56,341 bases of DNA, taken from assembly GCA_003427395.1 (NCBI GenBank), contig BFEA01000018.1:5015602-5071942 (forward strand). Direction: 5' to 3'. Position 1 is the stretch's first letter. The number at the start of each line of letters is the position of its first letter. The stretch is from Chara braunii (lineage: Eukaryota; Plantae; Charophyceae). Under the pieces are notes generated by a model, which did no database searches, was not told where the DNA came from, and saw only the letters and a program-made list of their open reading frames with translations. Both the position numbers and the translations under genes were made by a program. Shown here piece after piece: positions 13,384 through 25,720 of this stretch.

Positions 13384-14295
13384 CTACTGATGTCCCCGCG
13401 TCCCTTTAGAACCAAACCCGTATAAGGCATTCATAGACGACCCGAAAACAAGGGTTTGTGGCTGTCCCTTCGTCGCCACCCCCGAGAACACCGAAATGTA
13501 CTTCATCCTTACAAACCTACAGGCACCAGCCAAAGACTTACCGATGGCGTCACGCACACAACATGTCACTTGCTCTACCTCATGCCACTTATGAACCTCA
13601 TCAATTTGAATGACAATCTCCAAATCGGATTGTCCGTTCTCGTACAGAAGGCGCAAATTCCCCATGTTGCGACCATAGACTCTTAGGTGGTTGCAAGAAA
13701 CTATCACTACAGCGTCTACCAAAGTCCGCTTTCGGTTTGAACATACCACACACAACACTCTGCAGAAGTCGGAACTGGCTACAGACAACCGTATGCAACA
13801 ATATGACACATCTTTTGGCTGTAACCCGGCACCACGCAACGGATATACTTCCAAAAACGGATTGTAGGATGCACAATCCAACAACTCTTGTTTCAAGTTT
13901 GCAGACCACACCCGAGGTGACCTCGTTACGTTGTCCAGACGAAGGTAAAATCTGTTATTCTCTTCCTGCCTGAGCGCGGCGCGCAGGGACGGAAGTTGCC
14001 TGACACCAATGACATAATGAGGTACTTTGATCAGACTTCCCCACTCCATCGCGGAAGCAAATTTGTAGTCCTTATGCCATGGACATTTCCTTGCCAAGAT
14101 GGCTCTATCCCATTCTGCCTCGGACCACGCATCGATAGGCTTGTCAAAGAAGGGGACGACGGTTATCGACGGGTCGTTTTCGGTATCGCCTCCCGAACCA
14201 TGGAATCCGCATGCACAAGGGTGAATGGGACATGCATAATCATGTTGATGGTTCATGACTCCTGTCGCACTCCCTACACAAGACATGAAATGCAA
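13384..14295 (-). CDS. Transposon cargo orphan protein A (303 aa; paralog of 26959-27906)
   Basis: Intact ORF colinear with its paralog (YPLRG, VSYCC.RL, SDF.RVLCV, LVDAVV, FVRMKY.SVFS, GSS.NAL.GFGS). True start uncertain, possibly spliced. Confidence 0.8.
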   Translation of the reverse strand: MHFMSCVGSATGVMNHQHDYACPIHPCACGFHGSGGDTENDPSITVVPFFDKPIDAWSEAEWDRAILARKCPWHKDYKFASAMEWGSLIKVPHYVIGVRQLPSLRAALRQEENNRFYLRLDNVTRSPRVWSANLKQELLDCASYNPFLEVYPLRGAGLQPKDVSYCCIRLSVASSDFCRVLCVVCSNRKRTLVDAVVIVSCNHLRVYGRNMGNLRLLYENGQSDLEIVIQIDEVHKWHEVEQVTCCVRDAIGKSLAGACRFVRMKYISVFSGVATKGQPQTLVFGSSMNALYGFGSKGTRGHQ

Positions 14296-14763
14296 AGAAA
14301 ATGAAAATGAAATATCAAGATAGTAGAAAAATCGCCTTCATGATGAACTTGACTTAAAAAATTGTTGAACCATCACCAACCATCTTAAAAAATTAAACCG
14401 TAGACCGTGGACAAAATTCGCTACGCAAAATTATTGCAACAATAATATGCTCCATTCTGAATTCTCGTCCCTTCAAACAATTATTTTACAAAAATCTCAC
14501 TCCCCCACTCTATCGGGCGGACGTGCACTAATCGCTCTTGTCCCCTCCATCTACACTCCCTTCACCAGATGGACCNNNNNNNNNNNNNNNNNNNNNNNNN
14601 NNNNNNNNNNNNNNNNNNNNNNNNNNNNNNNNNNNNNNNNNNNNNNNNNNNNNNNNNNNNNNNNNNNNNNNNNNNNNNNNNNNNNNNNNNNNNNNNNNNN
14701 NNNNNNNNNNNNNNNNNNNNNNNNNNNNNNTCTCACTCCCCCACTCTATCCGACGGACGTGCA

Positions 14764-17106
14764 CTAATCGCTCTTGTCCCCTCCATCTACACTCCCTTCA
14801 CCAGATGGACCTTCACCAGATGGACTCAGATCGAGAAGTGCAGCTTTAACATTCAGTCGAACACTGGAAGGAATGACAAGTCCAGTTGTGAATGGTCTTG
14901 TACCACGGACCGGTCTCTCCCAACCAAAAGTGATCGAGTCAGCATCCTGCCATTGTGTCTGGTCAGTCATTTTCCATCGTTTTTCCCATGCTTTCTCATA
15001 CAGTTGTTCGAGTGACTTTGCTCTCCCAGTCGGCACCCAATATTCCACTAGCACTTGATTATAATTTTGCGAATTACAATCAACAACCACCCGAGAAAGA
15101 GCCTTGCCCACCCAGATTGGCACACCGTTGGACAGATCATCGTCGGAGGGGCGACGGATAAGAAAAGTGCCCACGTCGACATGCACGAGGGGGTCGAAAC
15201 TAGTCTTCGGGCGATTTTTTCTTCGTCCAACAAACAACGGTTCCCTATCATCGTCGATGTTGACACTGTGAGGAGAAGGTTGTTGATCGATTTTGAGCAG
15301 CCGTGGTCGTGGCCAAAAACTGCTCAGGGGTTGTGAGGACAACCCGTTGGCGATGATCTCATCGCCATGTTTGATAACCTCCTCCCAATAACACAAAGTT
15401 GTTTCTCTCCTACTCACCTCATGGTCATTGTAAGTGCACCACGTCGACCGCCTACTCTCCAACAACTCACGGAATCGAACAACACCATTTTTGCCATTCA
15501 AATAGTCATTTCGAGGAAGGGGTTGCACATGAGGCGGGTCAAACGGCCACGAAGGACCAGCATAGCTTTCATCGGGGTTTTGATTGAACCAAAAAATCGG
15601 ACCTTCCTCGGGCAACCATTCTTCGTCATCGCAAACCTCCTTGTACAACATCCCCGGACTATCTCCAACCATCAAAAATTTAAGCAAGTGCGATTTTGAA
15701 ATACCGGTAATGTCTGACGCAACGCACGGGTCCACTATACTAATCCAATCTTCCATCGTATCGAGGAAAATACATTTGGGAGACTTTTTGTGGGATTGCT
15801 TTATGAGCTCGAAGAACTCGTCCATAGTATAAGCGTCTACGTCTTTCAATTTCTTCGAGAAAACGCTGAAAGTAGCGTCAACGTATGTATGGGTGTGTCC
15901 CACGAGCATGAAACCTATTTCTACCTCTTCAAAAACTTCGAACTTAACCAACAGTGCAGCCAGGGCACATATGTATTTGTTCTTGTTTTCCTGCCAACAA
16001 TTATCTGCTTGAATGCGCAAAAATCGTGGCAGTGGCGTCCCGCTCCCTTGAATTTCGAGAAGGGTTTTCATAACACAAGTAGCGACCATGTTGGAATCGT
16101 GTTTGAAATACGGAAACCACGTGTACACATATATACTAGGGTCTCTGCCGTGTGCAATGACGCCTGTCAGATTAGTCTTCATCATCATCTCGTGCCTAAG
16201 TGCTTTCGAGTAGTTCGCTTGACCAATATGGGGGATAGTTGTTTTCTTCTGATCCATGCCGTCAATGATGAGACACAAACGCTCGTTCGGACGAACCATG
16301 GAATCAGTTTTGGTTTGACTGTAGTCCAATCTGTGTTCAACTTGCCTCCTTTGGTGTGCTTTCATATCCTCTCGAGCACGTTCTCGATCTCGAGGAAGAG
16401 CAGCATATTGTATACGTTCCTTCAGTTCATGACAGACGGCGCACTTCGTGAACGTGTTAGATTGCGCGAGGAAAACGTGGAAAAAGTGTTTCCGCCACAA
16501 CTTATAAAAGTTGGACTCGGACACGACATCGAGGCCAGCGGCCAGAAAGTCGGATTTGATGGACTCATAAATTGATCTCTTCGTCAAAGCAGCCAGGAGT
16601 CGAAGCTTCGGTCTGGAAACCCCACCTTGGTTAGCCACCTCATTCGGCATGCTATCCGCATGACACTTGATGAACGTTCTCATGCTGGCAAGCATGGCGA
16701 CCGTTTTATTGGTTGGCCTATATTTTTCCGTCAGGCAATGCTCGAAACGCACGTAGCCATTGTCGAAACGCTTTTTGTAGCTGTAAAATGTATTACGCGA
16801 GACACCGAGTACATTGTAGTACGCCCTAATGCACATTGAACGTTCCAACTCCACAGGGCGGACACGTTTCTGTCCACTTTCATTTACTGTGAAATCCTTA
16901 ATACTTTTCATCCACCACTCAGCTCGCTCTCCCTGACTCTTACTGTACAGTCCTTGTCTAACCTTTCGCACTTCCTCAGGCGACACGTCGTAACAACATC
17001 GAGCCTTGCAACATGCCATGCCGCGCACCATGAGCAGTCTTTTTCCGGACAACATGTTTCTCGCTCTTTTATACTGTTCTTTCCTCCTAGCGTTCCTATT
17101 ATCCAT
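14764..17106 (-). CDS. DDD/E transposase, 780 aa, Sola1-like by motif (superfamily tentative)
   Basis: Intact ORF. N-terminal CC..RCC and C.RAY..VLGVS HTH-like segment, CxxC, and catalytic-type motifs IIDGMDQ, QADNC.QENKN and GHTH..VDATF. Confidence 0.88.
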   Translation of the reverse strand: MDNRNARRKEQYKRARNMLSGKRLLMVRGMACCKARCCYDVSPEEVRKVRQGLYSKSQGERAEWWMKSIKDFTVNESGQKRVRPVELERSMCIRAYYNVLGVSRNTFYSYKKRFDNGYVRFEHCLTEKYRPTNKTVAMLASMRTFIKCHADSMPNEVANQGGVSRPKLRLLAALTKRSIYESIKSDFLAAGLDVVSESNFYKLWRKHFFHVFLAQSNTFTKCAVCHELKERIQYAALPRDRERAREDMKAHQRRQVEHRLDYSQTKTDSMVRPNERLCLIIDGMDQKKTTIPHIGQANYSKALRHEMMMKTNLTGVIAHGRDPSIYVYTWFPYFKHDSNMVATCVMKTLLEIQGSGTPLPRFLRIQADNCWQENKNKYICALAALLVKFEVFEEVEIGFMLVGHTHTYVDATFSVFSKKLKDVDAYTMDEFFELIKQSHKKSPKCIFLDTMEDWISIVDPCVASDITGISKSHLLKFLMVGDSPGMLYKEVCDDEEWLPEEGPIFWFNQNPDESYAGPSWPFDPPHVQPLPRNDYLNGKNGVVRFRELLESRRSTWCTYNDHEVSRRETTLCYWEEVIKHGDEIIANGLSSQPLSSFWPRPRLLKIDQQPSPHSVNIDDDREPLFVGRRKNRPKTSFDPLVHVDVGTFLIRRPSDDDLSNGVPIWVGKALSRVVVDCNSQNYNQVLVEYWVPTGRAKSLEQLYEKAWEKRWKMTDQTQWQDADSITFGWERPVRGTRPFTTGLVIPSSVRLNVKAALLDLSPSGEGPSGEGSVDGGDKSD

Positions 17107-17859
17107 GCTATACCTTCGTCTTTCGCCTGGCAGAGGTGCGAATAAAATCTGCAGTATCTCTCTGCATCACCCCTGCCAGACAATTCCGACCCAGACTGAC
17201 TCTGACTTGGAAGCGCATCATCACTTCGCATATGCGTTGGACTCGCCCGTGTTGTGGAAAGCTCCTCCGAAGAATAGTCAGTGGCAACCAAGTTCATAGT
17301 ACTGGAGCTAGCGCGAAGCAAAGGTCCACTGGAATAAGACCGTTGTCCAGACGAGTAATCAGTGGCCACCAACCGCTCACTCTCGTCATCAGACGATGCG
17401 TAAGAAACACCCATTGGCACGCAATTGTTGTGCGCCGAAGTTGTGGGGTGCACCTCGCCAGGAATGTGGAACTCTATCCGGGAGGTAGACGGTTCTTCGG
17501 CCGCGGACGTTGTTGCCAATTCTGTAGGCAGTTGGATGCAACCTCCAAAGCTCTCACGAAAAGCGAGATTTCGTTTTCTGNGNAAATCCGCAGCTGACTG
17601 TTGGAACGGCGAACTGTCCGAAGAGGTCGTCGGGGCCAACTCCAGGTGTTGTAGCTGGCAATGCAAGTCGACCGCTTGTTCAGTTTCCATAGCCCGGTTC
17701 ATGCGGTCGTTCGCCGAGCCTTCTTCGGCGCCGTCATGCAACCGTCGGTGCAGCGGATGCGATTCCCGTCAGCGCAATGGATTATTCTCTCTTGTGCGGG
17801 TCGAACGGGTCTTTCGAATTCGTGTCCACACCCTGCAAAACAGTGGAGCGAACTGTAAG

Positions 17860-19505
17860 CACGGTCAGATTTATGCGTTGAGGGCACAGAGCTCGCCGGG
17901 ATCCGAATTTGGCGGGTGCAGGAGTAGCAAGGAACCTGTTTTTGCATGGCTTGTGTCAGTGGAAGGTAGCACCAGTGGGTGCACACAAGGAACGCTATGT
18001 TTGGGCGAACACAAGGAAGGATCTGTTGTCGGTGAACGATAGCGCATAGAACAAAGGGTAGTGGTGGATGCACTACTACACAATTCGACGCGGCGCGACC
18101 CCAAACTGACCCCCATAAACTCGATTCTCACCATCGTCTACGCGAGCTCGTGCAATTTTCCATTCACAGGTACTAGCGCAAGAGCTTATCGAACGCGGAC
18201 ATCCCCACTGCGTAGATAAGAAAAATGTAGAAAAGGATGAAAGATCCCCCCTTCAACCCTTCCAAATATTGATTCGGCCAGTTGAGAAGGCGACCCCCGA
18301 TTCTGCAACAAGACTCCGCACACCGCGACGGTCAAAAACCTTGGGGGGCAACAAAGATCGTGGGCGCGAAAAATTGCTCGCCTTCATAAATCCCCTCGAA
18401 GGGGTTAATGTGGGTTGCTGACGGTGACAACGGCCGTGTCCCTTATTTTCAGCAACCCCCATGAACCCCTTGAAGGGCATTTCAGAGGGCGAGCAATTTC
18501 TCGCACCCACAGTCCTGTCGCAATCAACTCACACTCGAAGCTCCAGGCGCCACGCAAAGGACGGATAGATTTGCGTCGATCCTCGAAGTCCGCCAGGATC
18601 CGAACTTGGTGGATTCGCCTGCATTTGTAACGGGTGGATGGCGTTTGCACAGAAGCAGGTGTTGCTCGGGCGCACCGCATTTTGGGGCGCCGATGAACGA
18701 AGATCCACGGCACACCAGAAATGGACCCGGCCAGCGACACCGTCGTCAACCCCAATAAACCCCTTTCAGGGCAACTTACAAGGCGAGCAATTTTGCGCAA
18801 TACCAGGCCGCCGACATTGAAGACGGACGGAGAAGTCCAAGCCGTTGAAAACAACGGTCAGATTCATGCGGCGCCTCGAAGTCCTCCGGGATCCGAATTT
18901 GGCCGGTGCTGGAGTAGCAAGGAACCTGTTTTTGCGCGACCGATGTCAGTGGAACGGAGCGCCAGCGGGTACACACAAGGAGCGCTATGCTTGGCCTCAC
19001 AGAAGGAAGGCTTTGCCACTCTCGAGTTGTCGTTGAACGTCAGCACGCGCAGAGCAAAGGGCAGCGGTGGATGCACCACCACAAAATCGGGCGCAGTGCG
19101 ACCCCAAACTGACCCCTAGTGCAAGAGTTCATCGAGATCGGACATCCCAACCGCGCAGACAAGAAAAATGTAGAAACCGATGAAAGACCCCCCTGCAACC
19201 CTTCCAAACCCCGATTCGGCTAGTCGACAAGGTGATCTCCGATTCGCGCGCCGGTAACATCGACGTGCGAAAGCGCGAACCGGAAACCACGTAGAAACAC
19301 GAGCATGTGTGCGACAAGAATCCGTGCACCGGGACGGTCAAAACCCTCTGGGGGCAACAAAGATCGACGGCACACAGACAAGGGACACGACCACTATCAC
19401 CGTCGGCAACCCCCACAAACCCCTTGAAGGGCATCTCAGAAGGTGAGCAATTTTTCGCACCCACAGTCCTCGTGCAGTCAACTCACACTTGAAGCTCCAG
19501 GCCTC
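17860..19505. repeat. ~1-kb-period diverged direct duplication upstream of the transposase
   Basis: 17861-18545 aligns with 18854-19500, e.g. ACGGTCAGATT.ATGCG, GGAGTAGCAAGGAACCTGTTTTTGC, GACCCCAAACTGACCCC. Confidence 0.85.
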
Positions 19506-21523
19506 ATGCGAGCACTTTTGCGTGCCCGGAGGCCTCTGGTAATCAGAACGCACTCGGCAGTCGTGTCCGTCGAAAACGGCGGTTAAATTTACGGGGGACC
19601 TCAAAGTCCGCCGGGATCCGAACTTGGCGCTTGCTGGACTGGCCAGGAACCGGTTTGCGCGGGGGACGACGGATATTTGGATGACCGGTGTGGAATTGCA
19701 CAGAAGGAACGCTAGGCTTGGCTGCATGTTCAGGGAGGCCCTGCTGCTGCTCACAAGTGTTTGTTCCAACAGAGCACNCAGAACAGAAATGGTCGTCGCA
19801 GGTGCACCACGTCGGAAATTGGCGCAGCGCGGCCCCCTATAGACCTCCATGGACCCCGATTCTCCTTATCGACAAAGTGAGCACTTGCGGCAATCCAGTC
19901 GCAAATGTTGCCATCCTTGATGACAATGACTGCAAGCACAAAAAATAAAAAAAACACGGCTGGTGGACCCCCGATTAGTATCGCAGACAAGGCGAGCTCG
20001 CAGTCGGGCAATGGCAGGTTCCACAGCCAGGTTCATGGGACCACGTACGGGTGCCAACCACGAAGTCCGCCCGGATCCGAACTTCAGATCGGTTGCCGCG
20101 TTCGACCGGGAGCATTAAACACTTTGTTTTTGCTGGGGTCCCGTTGGTAGGACTTTTTTTTTTTGCGGCAACGCCAACGAAAGAACAGTCATGCAACCAG
20201 GACTCTGAAAAGATCCATGCAAACCGTAAGCGTNNNNNNNNNNNNNNNNNNNNNNNNNNNNNNNNNNNNNNNNAACCAGGACTCTGAAAAGATCCATGCA
20301 AACCGTAAGCGTCTTATTTCAGCGACGCGGTCGAAACAACAATAATCATCCGAGCAGCCCGCGACTTCGCATGCTTCAGATTGCAAGTTCGCCGGGATCC
20401 GAACTTCGTCGCACGCTGAAAACTGGCATGGCGTTATGAACTATCGACCCCACGCCCGAAAGATGGGAACTGTGTCCCGCAAAACGTAGTCATCAGGGCA
20501 ACCTGGGATGGCATTGTGACTGCGAACGCGAAGTCAACAACCACAAAAAAAATGAGAACTTCGAATCCCGGCGAACTACAGCAATCATGCGCTATTTTCG
20601 CACCTGCGCGTGCTCTCCCTGCGGCCGCACAATGGCAACAGATTGCTGCTTTCGCGAGAGCACTGCGCATGATTGTTGTAGTTCGCCGGGATTCGAACTT
20701 CCCATCTCGCCAGGCAACCACATGCCACGCGCCGTTTTTCGTTTAACTGTTGTTGGTTTCGAGCTTGCGGTGACAATGGCGACCCCCCTTGCCCCGATGA
20801 CTGAGACGTTTCCCGGAGGCGGCCGGATTGTTCGTTACTGAACGAGGCCATGTTTTCGTGTCGAGGTTGTCATCACGAAACATGCGGCGCTCACGCCGAA
20901 GAAACGCCATCGTCATTGCAGCGAGCGGCGCAAACGTTCTCCATCGCACGCACGCAACGTGTGCATTCTTCGTTCTGGAGCCCGCGGATGTTGCACGCAC
21001 AGTCCTAGCATTTGTCGTGCGGAATGCGATATCGCATCCCTCACCGCCAGCGCCAGGAGCGCGCGCTCAACATCCATGGCCTCTATGGTGGATCATGTGC
21101 ACGTTGTGTGCGCGGGATGGAGACGACAGCAACTCTCCCGGGATTGACGCCATAGTCTCTTCGGGGAGGGAGGCTCAAGTGCTGCGGCGAGAACACGAAC
21201 ACGGAACGACGACCCCCTCCTGTTTATGAATACCTTACCTCTCACTACACGCCACGTGGACGGCAGACATCCTTCCCACCAAGGCCACCGCGCGACGCTT
21301 AGTACCAACAGCGGTCGCACGCAGCCCATCCGTCTCCTTTGTGATAACCAACCTCTAATCTCTTTGTTGAGAACATCAAACGAGCGACGGAAGTGTTTCG
21401 AAGGGGTTTCGTGTTCCGCTGGGAATAGGCGATTTCGCGTTTGCCTCGACCGCGCGGGAGTGGTTTGCAATGTCCAGCTTGTGATCAACGACAGTTTTTC
21501 TTCAATGCCAAGCCAAACAAGAG

Positions 21524-22477
21524 TTGTGGGGGCGGTCGAGTGGAACGAATGAGAGAGAAGCAGAACGGGACACACAAACCGTGTGCCCCGATGTCCACGT
21601 CATCCGATCCCGCCGTCCCAACCACTTGCGACACGTGGCACGACATGATGATAATGATGACGACGGTGATGAACACGATGATGGTGACGATTACGGTGGT
21701 GATGTTGATCAGGGCGACGATGTCGCTGCCGATGATGACGATGTTGATGACGATGATGATGTCGATGATGATGTTCGTGATGATGATGATTGTGATGACG
21801 ACGATGATGATGATGACGATGATGACGACGATGATGACGATGTTGATGATGGCGATGACAACGAAGAGGACGATGGTCGTGATTTTGATCACGGCGACGA
21901 TGTCGCTGATGATGATGATGTTGTTGATGACGTTGATGATGTTGATGATGATGTCGATGATGATGACGATGTTGATGACGTTGACGAGGTTGATGATGAT
22001 GATGATGTTGATGAAGATGATGATGATCACGATGACAATGATGGTGATGATGATGATGATGATGAAGATGATGACACTGATGGTGGCGGCGACGATGATG
22101 GTGATGATGGGGGCAATGATGATGGTGATGACGACAAGCAAGAATCACGGGGCCGCTCGCGAGGAAAGAACGAGCGGGAATCAGAAGGGGACACATAAAC
22201 CATGTGGCCCAATGTCACCGACATCCTTTCCCTCCGTCCCCACAACTTGGAACAGGTGGCGCGACGCGGCCGCTCCCATGGGCCGGCAAACATGCCTGAC
22301 ACGAGGGCAGGCAGAACAACACTTTACCTTGAAGAGGGCACAACGCACACGATGGCGCTGCTCTTTGACGGCTCACAGTTCTTCGAGCAGGCGCACTTCT
22401 TCGACGACGGCGAAGCGCACACGATGGGGCAACTGTTCGACAAGGGCTCAGCGCAAACGGCGGTGGCCACTTGCTGA
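21524..22477 (+). pseudogene. Highly acidic poly-Asp ORF with an internal duplication and one in-frame TAA
   Basis: ~500 bp of mixed GAT/GAC triplets in phase, flanked by ~100-bp direct repeats encoding similar peptides in the same frame. Confidence 0.45.
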
Positions 22478-23747
22478 CGCAGGACGCGGAGACGAGATGT
22501 CGAAGCGGAGACAACCGAACCACAGACGACAGTTGTCGACGAGAGGAAACCCCTGCGCCCACGCCTGCCGCCGCCTGGCGCAACAGCGGAGTAGAAAAGG
22601 CGATGGAGGATATCGCTGACGGGATGTCGAGCGCGAATGCGCTCGTCAGGCTTGAGATGCGAAAGGGCTGCCCCAGACCCGAGGCAGCTGAGCGTCAGAC
22701 TGTCGTCGCACCCCATGGAAAGACNNNNNNNNNNNNNNNNNNNNNNNNNNNNNNNNNNNNNNNNNNNNNNNNNNNNNNNNNNNNNNNNNNNNNNNNNNNN
22801 NNNNNNNNNNNNNNNNNNNNNNNNNNNNNNNNNNNNNNNNNNNNNNNNNNNNNNNNNNNNNNNNNNNNNNNNNNNNNNNNNNNNNNNNNNNNNNNNNNNN
22901 NNNNNNNNNNNNNNNNNNNNNNNNNNNNNNNNNNNNNNNNNNNNNNNNNNNNNNNNNNNNNNNNCCCGCGGTTCTCCCCCCTCACCCCTGGAAAGTACAA
23001 ACTGCCCCCCGCCGACACCTGAGACCCCCTCCACCGGGGCCCGCAAACCCGAAGACACGAACACGAGGGGCCCGGAACAAGGGCCCGTTTTCCAATGACG
23101 TCTGGGAAGGGCCAGCCCGTAGGGACGTTTTTGTCACATTTCGACGCACCAGGCCCCCCTCGCGACAATTTCGACGTGCAGCCACCGTTCGATGCGCGGA
23201 TCGAACAGCCGCGAGTCGGCGCGTGGACCCTGCACGGAAATCCGAAACGGAAGGCCCGAGGGGGCCTCCTGTCCCGCGCGCCTACAAATACGAGCGGCGC
23301 CCTAGGCATTGACGATGCGTTTTGTGTTTTTTGCTGAGGAGATGCTGCCCGACGGAAGCCACGCACCTCATTGTCGTCAACAGCTGGCGCGCCATAGCTG
23401 GCACAACCATTCTTCACCGCGCACGTTTCGTGGCACCGACGCACCCCACATGCCCTCGCATGTCCCTCCGCCCACCAAGTCGCTGTCCACGTCATATTCG
23501 ACGTCGCTTCCGATCTCCTTTCTCAGAAGGCACGACCGCCACCCCACACAGCACCCCAGCAAACGCGAAGTGCACGCCCAAAGGTGGACAGAGTGTCGTC
23601 ACGACAAATGTCGGGGTTCGCGCTCATCTTCACACGGTGAGTGCGCACGCAGTCGGGATGTATGTTTGCATGTGCGCGCGTGCGGGGGAGGTTTTTTGTG
23701 ACGATATGCTCGCGCAGATCGAAAGATTTCGTGGTTGCATGTGTGCG

Positions 23748-23748
23748 G

Positions 23749-23779
<31 letters not shown>

Positions 23780-23950
23780 TGTGCGATTGTGTGTTTGTGC
23801 ATGCTTCATTGTGTGTGTGTGTGTGTTCGAGTGCGTGTTCCTTTGTGTTTGTGTTTGTATTGAAGTGTGTGCCACACGCGCGAGGCAGGATCGTGCGCGT
23901 GTCTGTACCTGAGGGGCGTGTGTGTGCGGGCGCCGTGTGTCGGCGCGCGC

Positions 23951-24012
<62 letters not shown>
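23748..24012. repeat. (GT)n microsatellite region
   Basis: Directly visible. Confidence 0.95.
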
Positions 24013-24014
<2 letters not shown>

Positions 24015-25195
24015 CTGTTTGTGCATATGTGTTCGCATGCATGTGTGTTCGCGCGCGTTTTCCACGGGGAGATGCGCGCGAACATGCGCGGTCAGGGATG
24101 AACGTCATGGTAACGAAACACAACGTCATCGTGAGCACTTGCCATACCAGATTGGTTGTGTGCTGTCCCAATGTCATGTCCACCGATCTGCCCTATGGAT
24201 GATCAATCGAAACACGCGGTGGCAATGTCGACATAGCGAACGCATCCATCGACCAATCGCGAAACACGATGAGATCACTCGCGATCGGATGATTGGTCGT
24301 GTCTGCCGTGTCGACGTTACCACCGCGTGTGTGTTGTTCTTTCTGTCGTGTGTGTTCAGATCACTCGTGATCTGATGGTCGATCAGATCGATGACAATAT
24401 GTACACCACACACGTGATGAACCGACCCATCACGAAATGCAAGCCGACCACTTGCGATCGGGTGATAGATGCTGTTTGCTTCCCCAACAATAGCGCCGCT
24501 GATCTGCCCGACGGATGATTAACCAATGCATGAGGCGACAACGCATCCAACCGACCAATCGCGAAACGACAGAAGATTACTTGAGATCGGATGATTGATC
24601 GTGTGTGCTGCACCGAACATCAACCCGTCGGCGAGCGACCTATTTATTTACCCACCTGACAGTCCTCGACCGAACCGTCGATCGGTCAGGAAATCTGCCA
24701 TGATCAACTGATTGGTCGACAACTCGGTTGGCGATTGCTCTGTTGGTTGATCAACCACCACACCAACCGCCAACCGAGCAGTCGATCAACCAATCGACTG
24801 TTCTGTGCTAATTGATCGTGGAGAACGATCGTGGAGAATCCTCAAGGCAAATGATCATGTGCACGATCGAAACCGGCGAACGAAACGCACAACCGATCGG
24901 AAAAACGTCGATCCCGATCTTCGAACGAATAAAAAGCACTTCGTCACAATCTTGTTGCACATCGAACCTCGTATAACATCGAACCATGCTGCCCATGGAA
25001 CCTGGCTCCACATCAAACCTCGGCGGGCGTCGAACCTCGTCGGACGTCGAACTTTGGAGGACGTAGGGTCGTCGACACTTGACGGTCACTGAACGGCGAA
25101 CGTTGAGCACCCACCATCCCACGTGTCGTCGACACTGTTCTCGTTATCGGAACATGGCCGTTCCAACCGAACTGATCGCGCAATCAAACACCGGA

Positions 25196-25720
25196 AGAAG
25201 TTGGGATCTCGGCGAGCTTGTGCAGTTGTTCGAACACGCTTCTCAACCCCGGTGCGCAACCACAGCCAGGGACGTGGAAAATTAGAAGTCCGCCGGGATC
25301 CGAACTTCAAGAAATTGCTGGACGGCGAGTTTGGCAGACACGTGTGCATCTCCCATGCAATTTCGCCAAGTTCGGATCCCGGCGAACTTCATGCAGCTGT
25401 TCGAACACGCTTCGCAACCCCGGTCCCCAACCACAGCCTGGGACGTGCAAAAATTGGAAGTCCGTCGGGATCCGAACTTGAAGAAATTGTTGGACGACGA
25501 GTGTATGTCTCCTACACAATTTCGCCAAGTCCGGATCCCGACGAACTTCATGCAGCTGCTCGAACACGCTTCGCAACCCCGGTCCGCAACCACAGCCTAG
25601 GACGTGGAAAAATATGAAGTCCGCCGGGATCCGAACTTCAAGAAATTGCAGGACGGCGAGTTTGGTAGACAGGTGTGTATCTCCCACGTAATTTCGCCAA
25701 GTTCGGATCCCGGCCAACAA
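25196..25720. repeat. Tandem array of ~3 units of 160-170 bp, each with two oppositely oriented 22-bp palindromic motifs
   Basis: CGAACACGCTTC..AACCCCGGT..CAACCACAGCC..GGACGTG repeated at ~25231, ~25402 and ~25561. Confidence 0.9.

Noticed and set aside
14495-14811. Near-exact duplicate of the transposase 3' end on both sides of an N gap
   Set aside because: Typical unmerged contig overlap; cannot be distinguished from an assembly artefact.
20195-20312. 39-bp direct repeat flanking a 40-N gap
   Set aside because: Same gap-overlap artefact pattern.
21441-22619. Poly-Met, poly-Ile and poly-His ORFs
   Set aside because: Alternative frames of the GAT/GAC tract; only the Asp frame has flanking repeats I could read as a coherent duplicated peptide.
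23322-24375. Cys-Val and His-Thr repeat ORFs
   Set aside because: Artefacts of the (GT)n microsatellite.
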